Of a stretch of DNA of 64,000 nucleotides, positions 21,154 through 29,460 are shown in pieces. Within the stretch, counting starts at the first letter, position 1, and every line of letters starts with the position of its first letter. The notes beneath the pieces were generated by a model that had not been told where the DNA came from, did no database searches, and saw only the letters and a list, made by a program, of their open reading frames with translations. Origin of the DNA: a virus (lineage: Duplodnaviria; Heunggongvirae; Uroviricota; Caudoviricetes); the IMG/VR virus record IMGVR_UViG_3300031992_000063, positions 22,390 to 86,389 of that record, one strand, 5' to 3'. The position numbers and the translations under genes were made by a program.

Positions 21154-21690
21154 ATGGACGCAAGACTTAAGATTCTACCACCTTGGACTATCGTTATTCG
21201 TAAGTTTGAGGCTCTATTTGACGGCGACCCACAGATTGCTTTTAATACAGATTTTTCCGGTTCTCACCCAACAGTTGTACTTGCCTGTAACAATGGCGAT
21301 AAAGTAAATGCTCTTTGCCAGATTTTGCCAGATGAAATTAAGTTTGGTAATGTTACACTAAAGGTTATGGTTGATGGTACTCCATCTAATCGTGTTTTCA
21401 CAAGTAAGGTTGAACTATTTAATACTGCTTTTAGCGGCAATCCTGCCTTTGCTTATGCCGTATGTCCTGCAGAAGAAGGCTATCAGTGGATTGGCACTAC
21501 CTATGTAGTATTTAACAACTGTGTAGTGCAGTTTGCCGCAGATAATCTAAATGACTGTCACGGCATTATTAGTACCTTATATGAAACTATTGCCGAAGAA
21601 CTTCTAACAGGCCCGGCAACAGAAGGCGTATTCTATAATACAAATGTAGAGCGCGCTAATCTTGGTAAGCCACTCGGTGAATGGCCGTAA
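21154..21690 (+). CDS. Hypothetical protein (178 aa)
   Basis: ORF track entry. RBS AAGGAG. Confidence 0.55.
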   Translation: MDARLKILPPWTIVIRKFEALFDGDPQIAFNTDFSGSHPTVVLACNNGDKVNALCQILPDEIKFGNVTLKVMVDGTPSNRVFTSKVELFNTAFSGNPAFAYAVCPAEEGYQWIGTTYVVFNNCVVQFAADNLNDCHGIISTLYETIAEELLTGPATEGVFYNTNVERANLGKPLGEWP

Positions 21691-22330
21691 ATTTAAAAAT
21701 AATGACACTTACAGCAACTTTTTGGAACAAGATTTTCTGTATAAAAATTTTATAAAGGTGTCATGATAGTTTAGACGCTTACAGCAACTATTTAATACAA
21801 TTTGTGCCATATTTTTACAAATAATATTGTGCGTCTAGATTTTTAGCCATTGCGAGGATAGTTGCCCGCAACATCCTACGTTTTATCATATGAAATGGCT
21901 CGCGCGATTGCTGACGGCAGTAGAGCGCGCGTTATAAATATCGGAACTTGCCGTTTCCTTGCCATACGGTGGTAGTTCCGTTCAAGGCAGAAAACCTGCG
22001 GTCCAGCTGGACGCGATGATGGCTAGTTTGGGGTTTTACGCCACGCTTTTAGGAAGCGCAACCCGCTAGAACGAGATTCTAGCACGCCTCTCCCTATCCC
22101 TATACGCCTCTTAACAATGCGCACCACATAGGGCATTCTGTTAGAGCCTTACACGCCTCTTAACAATGCGGACCAAGTAAGGACATTTAGTCTCGATTAG
22201 TAAAACTTGTATACCGGTTACCTCTAAGCTAAGTTACGAGTTATAGGCTTTAATAAATATAGGAGCAATGAGCGGCTACTTTGCTTAATATTCGGCCCGC
22301 TGACGAGCGTCTATGACAAATCCTATATTT
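21691..22330 (+). ncRNA. About 640-nt non-coding region with two pairs of direct repeats
   Basis: AC(A/G)CTTACAGCAACT(T/A)TTT at about 21705 and 21770. ACGCCTCTTAACAATGCG(C/G)ACCA at about 22105 and 22152. GC-rich hairpins such as CGCGCG...CGCGCG. Confidence 0.3.
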
Positions 22331-22332
22331 AT

Positions 22333-22411
22333 GCCCGAGTGGCGGAATGGCAGACGCGCCTGACTCAAAATCAGGTTCGTAAGAGTGTGGGTTCAAGTCC
22401 CACCCCGGGCA
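22333..22411 (+). tRNA. tRNA-Leu(CAA), class II
   Basis: Anticodon loop CTCAAAA, 11-nt variable arm, GTGGG-TTCAAGT-CCCAC, A73. Confidence 0.7.
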
Positions 22412-22429
22412 CTTTAAAGGAGTGATTAT

Positions 22430-22858
22430 ATGAAAATACTACGAATACTTTTGTTGGCTTTAATTTTTACCTTTATCCCAGTCGGTTCTGCCGCAGCAGC
22501 GCCATCAAGAACAACCGAAAATGCTATTGTTCTCTCGCCGGACTATTAGTTTGAAATAGCAGAAGAGAATGAAGAGTGGCCTGAAATTTTAGAACTCATA
22601 GACGAAACATCAGAAGAATATGAGTTAATTGAGGCTATTAAGGTTAATATTGATGTGCCATGTGAATGGCTATATGTAAAGCTCGTTTATCCGCTTACGA
22701 CAGAGCAAGAACCGTTTGTACTTATTGTTAATGATAATAAGGAAATTACTAAACAGGAAATTGGCTTTGATGAGGATGGACGAGCTTGTATTGATTTCAT
22801 TAACTATGATACTGGCGAATATTGGATTTGTTTTTATGTTCTAATCGCAGAATAAATT
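22430..22858 (+). CDS. Secreted small protein (signal peptide; about 142 aa), 1 in-frame TAG
   Basis: RBS AAAGGAG followed by ATG 22430, reading MKILRILLLALIFTFIPVGSAAAAPS... It is in frame with ORF 22655..22855 through TAG at about 22547 and ends TAA. Confidence 0.5.
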
Positions 22859-22860
22859 AT

Positions 22861-22888
22861 TTGACTTTTATAAAAAATATGTTATAAT
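22861..22888 (+). promoter_or_regulatory. Consensus promoter (TTGACT-16-TGtTATAAT)
   Basis: Promoter family member, upstream of tRNA-Thr. Confidence 0.55.
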
Positions 22889-22946
22889 ATAATTGTAATA
22901 AAGGGAAAGATAATATTTATGCTGGCCCGTGTGATGGCCAGTAAAT

Positions 22947-23018
22947 GCTCCTATCGTACAACGGCTAGTACTGCTGCCTTGTAAGCAGCAAATGGCGGTT
23001 CGAATCCGTCTGGGAGCT
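22947..23018 (+). tRNA. tRNA-Thr(TGT)
   Basis: Anticodon loop CTTGTAA, GGCGG-TTCGAAT-CCGTC. Confidence 0.65.
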
Positions 23019-23111
23019 TTGTAATTTAGGGAACAAGTTACCGTAAAAGACTTGCGCGCACAGCGGACCTGTAACGGGGAGAGGAGGTCGTAAATATCCC
23101 CTTTCCGCCAT

Positions 23112-23186
23112 GCGCCATTAGCACAGTGGTAATGCAGCTGACTCTTAATCAGCGAATTCTGGGTTCGAATCCCTGATGGCGCACCA
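23112..23186 (+). tRNA. tRNA-Lys(CTT) with encoded CCA
   Basis: GCGCCAT/ATGGCGC acceptor, anticodon loop CTCTTAA, TTCGAAT T loop, ACCA at the 3' end. Confidence 0.65.
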
Positions 23187-23399
23187 TTAAATGACAATAC
23201 ATTACCCTCTACACTGTGTAGAGATGGAGTGTGAGTCGCACCTACGGGGTGTCTGGGTCCTAATGTAGCACCAGATAGTAGGAGTTAATCGCCCTATAAG
23301 GCTCACTAAGTCATTCATTTTATATTATATGGAACTAATTCACTCAGAGTTCCTGCGGTTCAAGAGTGAGGCTTGCGGCGCCTTAGACCGCTATTATAT
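23187..23399 (+). ncRNA. Structured spacer with several hairpins, including an about 75-nt element closed by the GTGAGTC/GGCTCAC stem
   Basis: CTCTACA-CTG-TGTAGAG and GGAACT...AGTTCC hairpins. No cloverleaf. Confidence 0.2.
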
Positions 23400-23508
23400 G
23401 CGGTGGTATCCAAGTAGACAAAGGGGCCAGCCGGTAAGTCTGGTGCCTGCGCCGGTATGCTAGCTAAACCGTAGGCTTCGCAGGTGCAAATCCTGACCCG
23501 CCGCACCA
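23400..23508 (+). ncRNA. tRNA-like gene (106 nt plus encoded CCA) with tRNA acceptor, D and T arms but a non-canonical, enlarged anticodon/variable region
   Basis: GCGGTGG...CCGCCGC-A-CCA acceptor. D arm TCCA-AGTAGACAA-AGGG (tRNA-Gln-like). T-like arm GCAGG-TGCAAAT-CCTG. Internal helices GCCAG/CTGGT and GCCTGCG/CGTAGGC. Confidence 0.35.
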
Positions 23509-23511
23509 TAT

Positions 23512-23584
23512 GCCTCTGTAGCTCAGTTGGAAGAGCACGTCCTTGGTAAGGACGAGGTCCCGAGTTCAAGTCTCGGCGGCGGCT
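23512..23584 (+). tRNA. tRNA-Thr(GGT)
   Basis: GCTC-AGTTGGAA-GAGC, anticodon loop TTGGTAA, CCGAG-TTCAAGT-CTCGG. Confidence 0.6.
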
Positions 23585-23828
23585 TTGGGTACTATTCCCC
23601 TTCCAAAGAATAGTCGTAGGACTAAGCCGGGTGGAAAGAAATCCGTGGCACAATACCGGTGTATAACGTTAGACCCAGGTAGGTTAAGGTTGCAGGTATG
23701 GGAAAACTGCGTAAAATGAATGTCGCCTTATGTTAGTGCCTCATGCGTAGACGTGTCGCTTTAGCTCATCAAGATAGCAGAGGTGTGGTGTGGTAGACCA
23801 CAGGGATGGAACCCTAAATTTACTATAC

Positions 23829-23901
23829 GCTCCTGTAGCGCAGTTGGTAGCGCAACGGACTTTTAATCCGTGTGTCGTGGGTTCGATTCCCACCAGGGGC
23901 A
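23829..23901 (+). tRNA. tRNA-Lys(TTT)
   Basis: GCGC-AGTTGGTA-GCGC, anticodon loop CTTTTAA, GTGGG-TTCGATT-CCCAC. Coordinate cross-checked against ORF 23790. Confidence 0.7.
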
Positions 23902-24003
23902 CGATGCTCGTTAATAGGGACGAGTATGATGGGTTCGCGGCCATCATTCCTATTCGGTTATTTTTGGTACCGGTTTATACGTAAGCCAAAACTGGTACGG
24001 CCT

Positions 24004-24074
24004 AGGAGCATAGCGTAATGGTAGCGTATCGGTCTCCAAAACCGTTGGTCTAGGTTCGAATCCTAGTGCTCCTG
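24004..24074 (+). tRNA. tRNA-Trp(CCA)
   Basis: AGGAGCA/TGCTCCT acceptor, anticodon loop CTCCAAA, CTAGG-TTCGAAT-CCTAG. Confidence 0.6.
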
Positions 24075-24244
24075 TTATCTAGTACAACAGCATAGCGTAC
24101 CAGGGAGACCTCTTATTACAGGCTCGGTTAGCCACGAGTCCAAGGGTAAGATTGGAATTCGACCCACGCTTCCTGCGCTCCGAGGTTAGCCCGCGGCTGG
24201 TGGTGTGGCAACCATTTGGCTATGGGTATTAGCAGGAGCTAATA

Positions 24245-24273
24245 TTTGACAATTACTAAAATTATGTTATAAT
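24245..24273 (+). promoter_or_regulatory. Consensus promoter (TTGACA-17-TGtTATAAT)
   Basis: Promoter family member. Confidence 0.55.
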
Positions 24274-24307
24274 TTATTTGTAAGAAAGAAAGAAAGGGAA
24301 TTAAAGT

Positions 24308-24529
24308 ATGAGAATTACACCCTGTCCTAAATGTGGAAGAATTCCTAAAATTGTTGAGTGCTGTCGGGCAAAAAATGGAGCAAGACGTAGAATTGTTTTT
24401 TGCCCTAATCTCTGTATTATTTGTACTCCTCGTGTATATTACACTTCTTTTACCTTTATCGGTGACGGAGATGACAACGCTGTTTATAAACTGTGGAATG
24501 AGAAAGTGAGGGCAAGTAAGAATGCGTGA
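24308..24529 (+). CDS. Cys-rich small protein, possibly Lar-family restriction-alleviation-like (73 aa)
   Basis: CPKCG...C..C plus a C-terminal ...AVYKLWNEK resembling the Lar-family ...AWNRR tail. Confidence 0.35.
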   Translation: MRITPCPKCGRIPKIVECCRAKNGARRRIVFCPNLCIICTPRVYYTSFTFIGDGDDNAVYKLWNEKVRASKNA

Positions 24530-24725
24530 TCCCAATCGTATTGATAAGTTTTGTAATGAACTCGCGCAGCTCTGGCACAAGGTTCCAGATTGGCGTTTTG
24601 GTCAGCTTATGTGTAATCTTCTTGGAGAATATACGAGAGCCACGAAGAAAGACCCTTTCTTTCCAGAAGATAATGAACTAATGAATTTTTTCAAAAACTA
24701 CTTTAGGAGAGATACCGATGAATAA
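24522..24725 (+). CDS. Hypothetical protein (67 aa)
   Basis: ORF track entry, overlapping the upstream stop. Confidence 0.45.
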   Translation: MRDPNRIDKFCNELAQLWHKVPDWRFGQLMCNLLGEYTRATKKDPFFPEDNELMNFFKNYFRRDTDE

Positions 24726-24969
24726 TGAAGTAATTAATAGTATGGATGTTGATGAATTACGAAATTATGCGTTTCATCTTCAAGAACTTGATGACGCAAG
24801 ACGGCAGTATATTGGCGCCCAAAGGGATATGATTGATATCCTTCAACAGCTTTATAATTGCCAGCTATATCGTGATGATAGTAATGTGAAACTTAATTCT
24901 AAATTAGCCATTGTTCAACGACTCCAAGAAGAATTAACGACAAAATATTCAGAAAAGCCTGTGAAATAA
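24718..24969 (+). CDS. Hypothetical protein (83 aa)
   Basis: ORF track entry. Confidence 0.45.
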   Translation: MNNEVINSMDVDELRNYAFHLQELDDARRQYIGAQRDMIDILQQLYNCQLYRDDSNVKLNSKLAIVQRLQEELTTKYSEKPVK

Positions 24970-25186
24970 TAATGACCATTACAGAATCCACCTGATATGG
25001 CTGTGGCTACAAGGCGCGGAAAGGTGGCGGCAATCTCTAGCCCGAGCAAGTTGAAATGATATACACCCTTGGGATGAAATGCATCACTAATGTAAGAGTG
25101 AGATATCACGTGAGAACGTATAGATATATAATGTAGCCGTGCTCCCAGTGGCATGTACCGTAACGTTGGACACTGGGCAAGCTTGT

Positions 25187-25257
25187 AGGAAACTGGTGTA
25201 ATGGTAACACACCCGGCTCCAACCCGGCAGATTAGCGTTCAAGTCGTTAGTTTCCTG
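25187..25257 (+). tRNA. tRNA-Trp(CCA), second copy
   Basis: GTGT-AATGGTA-ACAC, anticodon loop CTCCAAC, TAGCG-TTCAAGT-CGTTA. Confidence 0.55.
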
Positions 25258-25331
25258 TTTTAAGACTCGTGCAGCAACACTATTATTTGTAATTGACTTT
25301 TAATCAATCCGACAGAACGAGTCTTGTATAT

Positions 25332-25405
25332 GCCCGAGTAATCGAATTGGCATAGATATCTGGCTTAGAACCAGAGTTTTGTGGGTTCAACTCCCTCCTC
25401 GGGTA
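25332..25405 (+). tRNA. Class-I-shaped tRNA with Leu-type anticodon TAG (reads CUA/CUG); A73; acceptor identical to tRNA-Leu(CAA)
   Basis: GCCCGAG acceptor, anticodon arm TCTGG-CTTAGAA-CCAGA, 5-nt variable loop (GTTTT), GTGGG-TTCAACT-CCCTC. Confidence 0.45.
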
Positions 25406-25424
25406 CTTAATTTGGAGGTTAAAT

Positions 25425-25730
25425 ATGAATAAATATCCAATAATCACTTTATGCGGTAGTACTCGCTTTAAGGAGGACTTTGAGCGTGTTAATCGCGAAC
25501 TTACACTTCAGGGTAATATTGTTATTAGTGTTGGTTGCTTTGGTCATTCTGGTGATGTTTTTTCAGAGGCCGACAAGGTAATGCTTGATGATATTCATAA
25601 ACGCAAGATTGATATGGCTGACGCGATTTATGTAATCAATAAGAATGGTTATATTGGTGAAAGCACGAAGAGTGAAATTAAATATGCATTGGAGCATCAT
25701 AAAGCAGTAATGTTTATGGAGGCGCCATGA
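25425..25730 (+). CDS. Nucleoside 2-deoxyribosyltransferase-like / DUF4406-like protein (101 aa)
   Basis: ...ITLCGSTRF...ADAIYVINKNGYIGESTKSEIKYALEHHKAV. Confidence 0.4.
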   Translation: MNKYPIITLCGSTRFKEDFERVNRELTLQGNIVISVGCFGHSGDVFSEADKVMLDDIHKRKIDMADAIYVINKNGYIGESTKSEIKYALEHHKAVMFMEAP

Positions 25731-25972
25731 GGAAAGGCAGGGGCATTGACCATAATTGGCAAGTATGTAAATATCTTGGTGATATTGCCTTATATGCTAG
25801 ATGTAAATGTGGTTTTTATTATTCTTGTTCTTCCAGTAAACGCAATGAAGATGGAACTTGGAGTTTTGAGCAAGAAATTACAAAATTATATCACTATTGT
25901 CCTAACTGTGGCGCTCATAAAAAATATTATAACGAAACGCCGCAACAAGTAAATAAATATCTCTGGGAGTGA
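25727..25972 (+). CDS. Zinc-ribbon hypothetical protein (81 aa)
   Basis: CKCG...YHYCPNCGAHK. Confidence 0.45.
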   Translation: MRKGRGIDHNWQVCKYLGDIALYARCKCGFYYSCSSSKRNEDGTWSFEQEITKLYHYCPNCGAHKKYYNETPQQVNKYLWE

Positions 25973-25976
25973 TAGT

Positions 25977-26261
25977 ATGAGAGCTACTGCTGAAAAACGC
26001 CATAACGATTGGAAAAAAGCTATCCGTAAACGCCATATTGATAGGATAACAAGTTTTCCTGGCTCAGATGACTTATATGACAACCTCCATCAGTATTCCA
26101 AGAACAAAGTACATTGTTCTTGCCCTATATGCCGCGCGAAAACTAATAATAAAGATGGAAAAGGTTGGGCTCCAGTTAAAAATTGGTCTAGACATGATAA
26201 GCGCCAATTTGAATCAATGGAAAATCAAATACTTGACAATGAAGAGGAAAATGTGATATAA
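25977..26261 (+). CDS. Zinc-ribbon hypothetical protein (94 aa)
   Basis: CSCPICRAK. Confidence 0.45.
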   Translation: MRATAEKRHNDWKKAIRKRHIDRITSFPGSDDLYDNLHQYSKNKVHCSCPICRAKTNNKDGKGWAPVKNWSRHDKRQFESMENQILDNEEENVI

Positions 26262-26275
26262 TAATTATAGTGAAA

Positions 26276-26292
26276 GGAGGAAACTCCTTTTT
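26276..26292 (+). terminator. Rho-independent terminator
   Basis: GGAG-GAAA-CTCC followed by TTTTT. Confidence 0.5.
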
Positions 26293-26295
26293 ATC

Positions 26296-26364
26296 GAGGA
26301 TGTAGTGTAATGGTAACACGGGTCGCTTGGGACGACCAGTAGGCGTTCGAGTCGCACATCTTCG
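26296..26364 (+). tRNA. tRNA-Pro(TGG) with irregular T stem
   Basis: GTGT-AATGGTA-ACAC D arm (paralogous to Trp copy 2), anticodon arm GGTCG-CTTGGGA-CGACC, TTCGAGT T loop. Confidence 0.45.
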
Positions 26365-26369
26365 ACTTA

Positions 26370-26467
26370 TAGACCATTACAGCAATATTTTATGGGTAAA
26401 AGAAAACTTCTGAAAATAAGTTAACTGAAAGGGTTCAAGTCCCTTAAATAAATGGTCTAGTTTTTTT
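26370..26467 (+). ncRNA. tRNA-like element closed by a 9-bp stem, with a T-arm mimic (AAGGG-TTCAAGT-CCCTT), ending in a T7 run
   Basis: TAGACCATT...AAATGGTCTA long-range stem followed by GTTTTTTT. Possibly a terminator. Confidence 0.3.
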
Positions 26468-26480
26468 AAGGAGAAAATAA

Positions 26481-26615
26481 ATGAAACGATTTTGTATTTT
26501 TCATCGGTATAGGTTTAATTACTACTTAGTTACATTTAACTAGAAACAATTAATTGTTTGGTTTAGATGTACTAAATGTGGAAAAGAACGCGTAAAATGC
26601 TTTGAAGGAGAATAA
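26481..26615 (+). CDS. Small zinc-ribbon protein (44 aa), 1 in-frame TAG
   Basis: RBS AAGGAGA followed by ATG, then CxxxH...CTKCGKERVKC. Ends TAA immediately before the RBS of ORF 26621. Confidence 0.35.
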
Positions 26616-26620
26616 CAAGC

Positions 26621-26863
26621 ATGAAAGAAAATAAGTATGAAATTCATGTAGATGATATCGAACCATTTGTTAATGAAGTATATAGCGGATTTAAAATTTT
26701 ATGGAGCGGTAATATTGGTTGGGGAGAATATACTCTTTATAAAAAGATTGGAAATGACGATGAATGGTTTTGGGATGATGAATGCATGGAAAATCCTAAA
26801 GGCGATAAAGCATTTTTAAAATTATTACTTAATGATTTTGCTACTCAAATCGAGGTAAAATAA
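26621..26863 (+). CDS. Hypothetical protein (80 aa)
   Basis: ORF track entry. RBS GAAGGAG. Confidence 0.5.
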   Translation: MKENKYEIHVDDIEPFVNEVYSGFKILWSGNIGWGEYTLYKKIGNDDEWFWDDECMENPKGDKAFLKLLLNDFATQIEVK

Positions 26864-27310
26864 ATGAAATTATATACATCATACTGGGCGCAAGTTCGTA
26901 ATTTTCCAACAAACTTAATTGTTCTAAATACAACCATTTGGCCGCCTCGATGGTACAATGTGGGTGGAATAGATAAGCGTGGAGTAATTAGTCTTCATTG
27001 TGAACCATTGCGTCCGGGCCATTCATGTGATGGCTTATGTGATGGGCGTTGCGAACCGCGGCATCCGCAAGACTGCGCTTTTCTGCGCGAATACCGTAAG
27101 CAACTTGATGCCATTGATTTTGATGACTTTATACAGCATCTACTTGATTTATAGGCTCGCTTGCTTGAAGATTTTCCAGACAGAAAAGAATTAGATTTCG
27201 CTTTCATCTTCTTTGAAAAATATGATAATCCGTGTAGTGAGCGATGGGCAGTTCAAGATTGGCTTCGCGCGCACGGAGTTGAAATTGAAGAATGGCATCC
27301 TAATATTTGA
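26864..27310 (+). CDS. Cys-rich hypothetical protein (148 aa), 1 in-frame TAG
   Basis: ORF 26864..27154 continues in frame through TAG at 27152 to TGA at 27308-27310, which is embedded in the next promoter's -35. Confidence 0.5.
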
Positions 27311-27334
27311 CTTTTTGTAAAAATTCTGATATAA
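27306..27334 (+). promoter_or_regulatory. Consensus promoter (TTGACT-17-TGaTATAAT)
   Basis: Promoter family member. Followed by the TATAGAAAGTGAGGGAAAG leader. Confidence 0.55.
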
Positions 27335-27360
27335 TTTTTATAGAAAGTGAGGGAAAGAAC

Positions 27361-27723
27361 ATGTATAAGTATAGTATGGTATCTCATAGTCGCAGAAAGC
27401 ATCAACGTTGGCTTAATCGTTATTGTCGCTATGTAAATAGAGTAATAGAAGAAGACTCATTGTGGCGTGGCCGCTTCTATATTACACAACTTCAGTCAGA
27501 TATGGAATGGTTTGAAGATGGTAGCGGCGGTATTATTCATGCTCTTATCCAGATGAAAGATAGAAAGACTGACATTACTTTTGAAAAGTGGTATGACGGC
27601 CTTGATATGACTTGGGAATTTTGGATTGATTTTAATAATTTTATTGTCAATAAAGTAAGAGTTTGGGAAGAAAAGCCTAATCCTTATGATAATATAATTG
27701 ATTATAGAAAGAGGGCAAAGTAA
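27361..27723 (+). CDS. Hypothetical protein (120 aa)
   Basis: ATG 27361 after the GAGGGAAAG leader. The ORF track 27307 start is upstream of the promoter. Confidence 0.5.
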   Translation: MYKYSMVSHSRRKHQRWLNRYCRYVNRVIEEDSLWRGRFYITQLQSDMEWFEDGSGGIIHALIQMKDRKTDITFEKWYDGLDMTWEFWIDFNNFIVNKVRVWEEKPNPYDNIIDYRKRAK

Positions 27724-27724
27724 T

Positions 27725-27958
27725 ATGTATTATATGTATAAAGTTTGTTATTATGATTCTTACAGCGATGAAGAAAAATACAGCAAGGGAATTGTGTGTG
27801 CGACTAATTATGGGACCGCCGCAGACCGTGTAATTCATTCTTATGGAGAAGATAATGTATTGAATCTCTTTCTTAAAGAAATGATGACCAGCAGTATGGA
27901 TGATAAGGATTATTGCCTCTCCGAAGAGGATATTAAGTCCGTCTTTGAAGAAGAATAA
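27725..27958 (+). CDS. Hypothetical protein (77 aa)
   Basis: ATG 2 nt after the upstream stop, in frame with ORF 27698. Confidence 0.45.
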   Translation: MYYMYKVCYYDSYSDEEKYSKGIVCATNYGTAADRVIHSYGEDNVLNLFLKEMMTSSMDDKDYCLSEEDIKSVFEEE

Positions 27959-27959
27959 T

Positions 27960-28341
27960 ATACACCGCTAGATGGGTACAAGCGGTATAAAAGTATGCAA
28001 CCATCTCTCATAAGTAGGGAATAGGAAGTTTGAATCCAGCTATATGAGATGAATCCTGAAGCCCATGACTCTAAGGGACGATGCGTGAATGGCACTACTC
28101 AACCTTTTTCCTAAAATAGTAGCCTAAAAAGAGTCTGAAACGCTAGGTAGCCGAGCAGCGGCATAGGCTCGTTAAATATTTGCCGTATTCAAGCCGAGAT
28201 ACCAGCCACTCGGCTATATAAATCAACGACTGTGTATCATAGGTGTGATGGCGGCGGCACCTAAAATCGCCACCGTGCGGCGCCAGTGGGATAATGTAGC
28301 ATCAACCCTACAAAAGTTGCCCCTTTAAGACTGGCAGACGA
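27960..28341 (+). ncRNA. About 380-nt non-coding structured region (unidentified)
   Basis: No ORF. GC-rich hairpins ACCGCT...AGCGGT and CGGCGGCACC...GGTGCGGCGCC. Confidence 0.25.
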
Positions 28342-28372
28342 TCGGCGGCAAGAAATTGCCGCCTCTTTTTTA
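28342..28372 (+). terminator. Rho-independent terminator
   Basis: GGCGGCAAGAAATTGCCGCC followed by TCTTTTTTATTTG. Confidence 0.6.
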
Positions 28373-28400
28373 TTTGACTTTTTAAAAAATTATGATATAA
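28373..28400 (+). promoter_or_regulatory. Consensus promoter (TTGACT-16-TGaTATAAT)
   Basis: Promoter family member. Confidence 0.55.
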
Positions 28401-28426
28401 TTTTTATATAAGAAAGGGGAACAAAT

Positions 28427-28657
28427 ATGAGTAATAAAATTTATGATATTTTTAACCCAAATTCTGATTATAATAAATATGTTATTGAAAAGGTTAATAA
28501 AGAATTTATTGATAATAGAGAATGCTTTGTATGTAAACATTGTATAGATATATCTGATGATAGGAATACTTGTCATTTATGTGAATATACGCATGATTTA
28601 TTACCAAAAGAATTAACATGTTTACTTTGGGAATTGGAGGAAGAAAATGAATCTTAA
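28427..28657 (+). CDS. Cys-rich zinc-finger protein (76 aa)
   Basis: CFVCKHC...CHLCEY. Confidence 0.5.
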   Translation: MSNKIYDIFNPNSDYNKYVIEKVNKEFIDNRECFVCKHCIDISDDRNTCHLCEYTHDLLPKELTCLLWELEEENES

Positions 28658-29459
28658 TATTTATACAGAAGAAATGGCAAAATCGGCACTAGATAAGGCA
28701 TTCTTTATTGATAAAATTCCGGGCGCAAAATGCGTAATTGATTTTGGTTGTGCTGATGGCGCGATGATTAGATTTTTAGCGCCACTGTTCCCATCTATTG
28801 AGTTCTTTGGATATGATAGTAATGACGAACTTATTGAAATGGGCGAACAGGCGCTGTCAGAAGAAATTAGCAATGTATCATTTTGGCGAAAGGGAGAACT
28901 ACCTAGGATGATACATTGGATAAAAGACTCGTATTCTATGAATGAAGTTTGTCTTAATTTTTCATCCGTGCTGCATGAAGTATTTTCATTTAATAATGGT
29001 ATTGACGAAATTAAAACTCTGATTAAAGAAATTACACCTAAATATATTACTATTCGTGATATGTATTGGCATGCAGGGCCAGGCGTTAATTATCTAAGAT
29101 GCCAGGAAAAACGCATCAGAGAAGCGGTTCTGCCGCAATACCTTGAAGAATATGAAAATCATTTTGACTACATTCATAGCCCGAAAAATATTACTCACTT
29201 CCTTATGAAATATCAGTGGAAAGATAATGGATGGGAAGATGAATTAAAAGAAAATTATTACTCTTGGGATATCAATGATTTGCTTAAAATTGTTGATAAT
29301 GTTGAGTATGATAAAGAACATGGCGACCAGACTTGCTATGACCTTGTATTTTCTAACTATTACCAGCTTCCATATCTTACAGAAAAATGGCTTAACGAAT
29401 ATGGAATTTACAATGTAAACGCGCATACGCACGCGCAGTTTATTCTTAGGAGGATGTAA
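28647..29459 (+). CDS. Class I SAM-dependent methyltransferase (270 aa)
   Basis: Motif I VIDFGCADGAMI. Confidence 0.55.
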   Translation: MNLNIYTEEMAKSALDKAFFIDKIPGAKCVIDFGCADGAMIRFLAPLFPSIEFFGYDSNDELIEMGEQALSEEISNVSFWRKGELPRMIHWIKDSYSMNEVCLNFSSVLHEVFSFNNGIDEIKTLIKEITPKYITIRDMYWHAGPGVNYLRCQEKRIREAVLPQYLEEYENHFDYIHSPKNITHFLMKYQWKDNGWEDELKENYYSWDINDLLKIVDNVEYDKEHGDQTCYDLVFSNYYQLPYLTEKWLNEYGIYNVNAHTHAQFILRRM

Positions 29460-29460
29460 T

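Noticed and set aside
18007-25405. The UAA- and UAG-anticodon tRNAs as the ochre or amber suppressors responsible for recoding.
   Set aside because: Anticodon 5'-UAA-3' reads UUA/UUG and 5'-UAG-3' reads CUA/CUG, which are Leu codons and not stops. An amber suppressor needs 5'-CUA-3', which is present only in the tRNA at about 15606-15694.
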